From: Candidatus Bathyarchaeum tardum
Lineage (GTDB): Archaea > Thermoproteota > Bathyarchaeia > Bathyarchaeales > Bathyarchaeaceae
NCBI GenBank assembly: GCA_024650005.2
Contig: CP122380.1
Location: 1,632,001-1,696,000 of the forward strand
DNA: 64,000 nucleotides
Reading direction: 5' to 3'
The position numbers and the translations under genes are program-made. A model generated the notes under the pieces. It had not been told where the DNA came from. It saw nothing but the letters and a program-made list of their open reading frames with translations, and did not search any database. Of the stretch, positions 59,718-64,000 are shown piece after piece (within the stretch, counting starts at the first letter, position 1; each line of letters opens with the position of its first letter).

Positions 59718-60896
59718 ATGACTATTCGATGGATGGTGACTAGGATTAGCCCGGAAATTTCTGGAGTAGGATATGTCGAACAAATCAATAACAATCTTCT
59801 CGCCTTAACAGCAGAGGATCTGCGCCCACTATATGAAACCTTGAGAACCGCCGACTGCATCGTTTGTGGAGGCTCGGGAAGGTCTCTTTATTCTTTGAAC
59901 ATCGCTATGAGCCAAATAGCTATGATGAACGACCACAAAGTTGTAATCAGCAGAGAAGATGTAGGATTTCCGGGGCGTGGAATGTATGATGCAGCATCTG
60001 AACTTGAAAGACGCCACAACAAAATCGTTTTGCTAATCAACTCCGGAAGTGGCAAATCCGACGACCCCATGCATCTTGCTGAAGAACTGGAAAAATACTT
60101 GAAAGAAACAGGCAGTAAAAGCTTCAGCATGGGTTTGATAACTTCTAACCGCAATTCTGTGCTTGCAGATATTGTAAACAAATACGGCAACACTATTGAA
60201 GTAAAAGGTCGAATCAAACAACAAGTACCCTCAACTGATGACTACAGCCAAATCGGAATAATGGGGGACATGTTTGAATTAGGCAGCCTATTTTTGTTGC
60301 AGATGATGGCTGAAGCAATATCAGAAAACAGTCCAGTTGAACGTGTTTTAGAACTAATAAAAGAAGAAGCACCCATTTTAACAGAAATCACTGAAAATTC
60401 AGCAAATTGTGAAGCCACTAAAGTAGCTGTAGACTTTCTTGAACGAGGTAGCGACGTGTTTCTAGGTGGACGCGGAACTGCTGAAGAAGTAGCAAAGATG
60501 ACTGCTGTGCGGCTGTTTCACCTAAAAAAGTTTCTGGGAGACAACGTTTACGTCGCCCGAGGTGTCAATACGCCTCATCCAAGAGCTGGAGACCTAGAAA
60601 TTTTAATTTCTTACTCAGGACGGACTAAACCTGTTGTTGGCTGGTGTAAACGCTTCAAAGAGCTAGGAGGAACTGTTCTTTCTATCATTGGAACTGAAGA
60701 TACCACATTAGAACAAAATTCTGACCTCACAATATTTCTAGGCGAAGCAGTTGAAAAGGGAAAGCCCCGACGTTTCTACATGCGAGCTGCATATGTTCTC
60801 AGCTGTTTGCCAATTCTATTGACTGCTCGGTTAAGCTCAAAAGGACTGATTATGCCGGAATACATCCTAAAATGGTATCATAGTGCAATAGAATAA
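59718..60896 (+). CDS. tandem SIS-domain protein (HxlB/PHI-like sugar-phosphate isomerase fold)
   Basis: GSGRS...SGSGKS and GRGTA...ISYSGRT in two SIS modules. Confidence 0.75.
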   Translation: MTIRWMVTRISPEISGVGYVEQINNNLLALTAEDLRPLYETLRTADCIVCGGSGRSLYSLNIAMSQIAMMNDHKVVISREDVGFPGRGMYDAASELERRHNKIVLLINSGSGKSDDPMHLAEELEKYLKETGSKSFSMGLITSNRNSVLADIVNKYGNTIEVKGRIKQQVPSTDDYSQIGIMGDMFELGSLFLLQMMAEAISENSPVERVLELIKEEAPILTEITENSANCEATKVAVDFLERGSDVFLGGRGTAEEVAKMTAVRLFHLKKFLGDNVYVARGVNTPHPRAGDLEILISYSGRTKPVVGWCKRFKELGGTVLSIIGTEDTTLEQNSDLTIFLGEAVEKGKPRRFYMRAAYVLSCLPILLTARLSSKGLIMPEYILKWYHSAIE

Positions 60897-60911
60897 AACA
60901 AAAAAGTGGTT

Positions 60912-60935
60912 ACAGCAGGAAAAAATATCTGCTGT
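60912..60935. terminator. hairpin between convergent genes
   Basis: ACAGCAG-N10-CTGCTGT. Confidence 0.4.
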
Positions 60936-62597
60936 TTATATGCCTTTTTTCAGTATGCTTCCCTTGTGGGCAGACTGAACCATCTGAGAATAACGCGCCA
61001 AATAACCCGTTTTAACGTTGGGTTCTTTTGTGGTCCATGTTTTCGCTCTTTTTTCTAATTCTTCTTGGCTTAGTTTTACGCGTAGGGCTCTGTTAGGAAC
61101 ATCAATTTCAATTATATCCCCATCTTTAACTAAACCTATTGCTCCACCAACAGCAGCTTCAGGTGCCACATGCCCAATGCATGGTCCTCGAGTAGCGCCA
61201 GAAAACCGTCCATCAGTAATCAAAGCAACAGATTCACTCAAACCCATGCCTGCAATGCTCGCAGTGGGCGTAAGCATCTCTCGCATGCCCGGACCACCTT
61301 TTGGTCCCTCGTAACGGATAACAACAACATCGCCCTGTTTGATTTTTTTGCTCAGTATTGCTTTCATTGCTGCTTCTTCAGAATCAAAGGTTTTAGCTGG
61401 ACCACTGTGAATCATCATGTTCGCAGATATTCCAGCTGCTTTAACTACTGCCCCGTCAGCTGCCAAGTTTCCTGTTAGAACAGCTATTCCCCCTTCTTTG
61501 TGCACTGGATTATCTACTCGACGAATAACTTCTGTGTCATTTACAACGACGTTTTTGATGTTTTCTTTTACAGGTTTTCCAGTTACCGTTTTCTGGTCGA
61601 GGTAAAGGGAAGCTTTGAGATTTTTCATTACTGCAGGGATTCCTCCTGCTTGGTCTAGTTGTTGCATGTCGTAGGGTCCGCTGGGTATCATGCTGCAGAT
61701 ATGAGGAACTTGTTTGCTTAGTTTATCAAACATAGATAAAGGCAAGTCAACTCCTGCCTCGTTTGCGATAGCAGTCACATGCAATACTGTGTTTGTTGAG
61801 CCCCCTAATGCCATGTCAACCATGATTGCATTCTTGAAAGCATTAGCTGTTAGGATGTCCTTTGGTTTGAGATCTTCTGTTATCATGCTGACAATGCGTT
61901 CTCCTGTTTCTTTGGCGATTCGCATTCTTTGTGCACTAACTGCTACTGGAGTAGCACTACCAGTTAACGACATGCCTAATGCTTCAGTTACGCAAGCCAT
62001 AGTGTTTGCAGTAAACATTCCATTGCATGAGCCACAGGTAGGGCATGCAACATCTTCTAAACACTTCAATTCTGTTTCATCCATTTTGCCTGCAGCAACT
62101 TTACCTATTGCTTCAAACATGGAATCGGTTCCCACTTTTTTGCCCTTGTAGGTGCCCGACAGCATTGGACCTCCGGTTACCATTATTGCTGGAATGTTGA
62201 GTCTAGCTGCAGCCATTAACATGCCGGGGGTGATTTTGTCACAGGTGCTAATCATAACTATGCCGTCAAACCTGTGGGCTTGAACCATAATTTCCACAGA
62301 ATCTGCAATCAGTTCCCTTGAAGGCAAGGAATATCTCATTCCATTGTGACCCATGGCGATGCCGTCACAAACGCCTATGGTGTTGAATTCAAAAGGTACT
62401 CCACCTGCAGATATTATGCCTGCTTTTACTGCGTCAGCAACCTGTTTTAGGTGAATGTGACCGGGAACAATATCTGTGAAGCTGTTTACAACTCCAATGA
62501 ATGGTTTAACAATATCTTTGTCTCCTAGCCCAAGAGCCTTCAATAAGGCGCGGTGAGGGGCTCGCTCAAAACCAACTTTTACTGCGTCGCTTCTCAA
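60936..62597 (-). CDS. ilvD: dihydroxy-acid dehydratase
   Basis: [44 protein letters not shown]. Confidence 0.97.
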   Translation of the reverse strand: MRSDAVKVGFERAPHRALLKALGLGDKDIVKPFIGVVNSFTDIVPGHIHLKQVADAVKAGIISAGGVPFEFNTIGVCDGIAMGHNGMRYSLPSRELIADSVEIMVQAHRFDGIVMISTCDKITPGMLMAAARLNIPAIMVTGGPMLSGTYKGKKVGTDSMFEAIGKVAAGKMDETELKCLEDVACPTCGSCNGMFTANTMACVTEALGMSLTGSATPVAVSAQRMRIAKETGERIVSMITEDLKPKDILTANAFKNAIMVDMALGGSTNTVLHVTAIANEAGVDLPLSMFDKLSKQVPHICSMIPSGPYDMQQLDQAGGIPAVMKNLKASLYLDQKTVTGKPVKENIKNVVVNDTEVIRRVDNPVHKEGGIAVLTGNLAADGAVVKAAGISANMMIHSGPAKTFDSEEAAMKAILSKKIKQGDVVVIRYEGPKGGPGMREMLTPTASIAGMGLSESVALITDGRFSGATRGPCIGHVAPEAAVGGAIGLVKDGDIIEIDVPNRALRVKLSQEELEKRAKTWTTKEPNVKTGYLARYSQMVQSAHKGSILKKGI

Positions 62598-62750
62598 CTA
62601 TTAACCCTCGTAATTGATTAACCTAAGACTGACTTGTTCTGTTAAATGTTTTGACTTGCCTGAAGTTACTGTTTTTTATGTATAGAATATTTTCAGCTGC
62701 AGTTAAGTTTGATGTTTGAACTTTTTTAAACAAACACACCCTATCTTTTA

Positions 62751-63650
62751 ATGTGTGAAAATTTGTTTTCAGAAAAAATTAAGGAAATCAAATCTGACAG
62801 GTCCAGTGGAGCCAGTCAAATTTCCCGAAACGCCTTGGTTATTCTTAAGTTATTTGCTCAAACGAGTAAAACCAGTAACAACAAAATTTTTGTCAAACAG
62901 TTCACTGAAATTGGGCAGCAACTTTTGGAGGCCAGAACAAATATGTCGCCGGTCCAAAATTTGGTTGCCCAAATTGTTTATGCCGTTAATTCTTTGAAAG
63001 ATTATGAGATAGGTTTTGTACGAAACTTTGCAATATCCAAAATCGATGAATTATGCAGACAATCTGAATCTGCAGTTAAAGAATCAGCTATATATGCTGC
63101 TGATTTACTTGCTGACTTTGATTGTGTTTCAACTTGTAGTTATAGTTCGACAATCTGTGAAACGATTAAATTAGCAAAAAATCAGGGAAAAATTTTCAAA
63201 GTTTTTGTTGCAGAGTCAAGAAGCCCTGACGACCAATTTCGCTATGGCAAGGATTTAGCAACTTTTCTTGAATCAATAAATGTTCCTGTGCAAGTTTTTC
63301 CTGATAACAAACTATCAGATTATGTTCCAAACTCAAATTGTGTCATGGTTGGTGCTGATAGCATTCTTAGCGATGGCTCGATTATTAATGGGACACCAAC
63401 TTGTGAAATGGCAGTTAACGCAAAGGAATCTGGAGTGCCGTTTTATTCTATTTGTGAAACCGCAAAGGTAAACACATTAAGTTATCTTGGCAACAAAGTT
63501 GAAGTTAAACAAGGATTTGAAATTGTTCCTTTTAGCTTGTTGACTGGTTTAATTACTGAAAACGGAATCTTGAGCACTAAAAACATAATTGAGTTAATGA
63601 AAGAAAAAGCACGATATTTTGAAGTGTTTTCCTTTCAGGATCGATTGTGA
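62751..63650 (+). CDS. eIF-2B alpha/beta/delta-like (IF-2B / R15P isomerase fold) protein
   Basis: SGAS, SYSSTI, VAESR, VGADSI..DG.IIN..T, ITENG. Confidence 0.85.
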   Translation: MCENLFSEKIKEIKSDRSSGASQISRNALVILKLFAQTSKTSNNKIFVKQFTEIGQQLLEARTNMSPVQNLVAQIVYAVNSLKDYEIGFVRNFAISKIDELCRQSESAVKESAIYAADLLADFDCVSTCSYSSTICETIKLAKNQGKIFKVFVAESRSPDDQFRYGKDLATFLESINVPVQVFPDNKLSDYVPNSNCVMVGADSILSDGSIINGTPTCEMAVNAKESGVPFYSICETAKVNTLSYLGNKVEVKQGFEIVPFSLLTGLITENGILSTKNIIELMKEKARYFEVFSFQDRL

Positions 63651-63684
63651 ACAAAAGAAGGTTTTATTTCCTTCCAGTGTTGAG

Positions 63685-64000
63685 TTACTTTTTTTGCAGA
63701 ATATAAAAAACATAACCATAGTAATCTGAATATTTTCGGAACATCTCAATTTCTGTCTCTTCGCAATTTATGTGTTCCATGACTTCTTTGTTGTCTTTGT
63801 ATTTTGTTTTCAAAGCAGGAAGCTTTGCTTCTATCCAATTATAATAATTATCCCACCAACTCTTTTGGGGCAAAACAAACGAGTTAACTATGTCGTATCC
63901 AATTCGTTTGGCAACCTCTAGGTTGTCTTCTACCGTTTTAATTGCAGGATACAACATATCCATAAATTCTACAATTTCTTCGGGCAAATCAGGTTGGAAC
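63685..64000 (-). CDS. class I SAM-dependent methyltransferase, C-terminal part
   Basis: WWDNYY...EIEMFRKYSDYYGYVFYI tail; runs off the window end. Confidence 0.75.
   Translation of the reverse strand, partial: FQPDLPEEIVEFMDMLYPAIKTVEDNLEVAKRIGYDIVNSFVLPQKSWWDNYYNWIEAKLPALKTKYKDNKEVMEHINCEETEIEMFRKYSDYYGYVFYILQKK

Noticed and set aside
1-64000. CRISPR array, IS element or integrase
   Set aside because: No regularly spaced direct repeats, terminal inverted repeats with a transposase, or recombinase motifs were seen

Overview
This is an AT-rich archaeal chromosomal segment, most consistent with a TACK-group archaeon such as Bathyarchaeia. That assignment is an inference from gene content, GGAGGTGA/GGTGA Shine-Dalgarno sites and frequent TTG starts. 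It carries a replication cluster (rfcL-rfcS divergent from GINS-mcm-hel308), housekeeping genes (purB, ileS, ilvD, copA, trxA, NEMF/Rqc2, cooC, M32/M50/HtrA proteases), three intron-less tRNAs (Val-GAC, Ala-GGC, Cys-GCA) and several AT-rich accessory patches with small Zn-finger, coiled-coil and wHTH genes plus two pseudogenes. No CRISPR array, rRNA, transposase or integrase was seen. The main leads are: (1) a catalytically degenerate MCM paralog and a stand-alone Zn-ribbon at the head of the GINS-MCM-Hel308 operon, analogous to MCM-BP/MCMDC2; (2) a threonine-synthase fold whose PLP lysine is replaced by Arg, fused to a PadR-like wHTH and placed in front of an ECF vitamin S-component; (3) ribophorin-I-like and EMC6-like membrane-biogenesis proteins. 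All family calls come from motif recognition by eye, without database searches.
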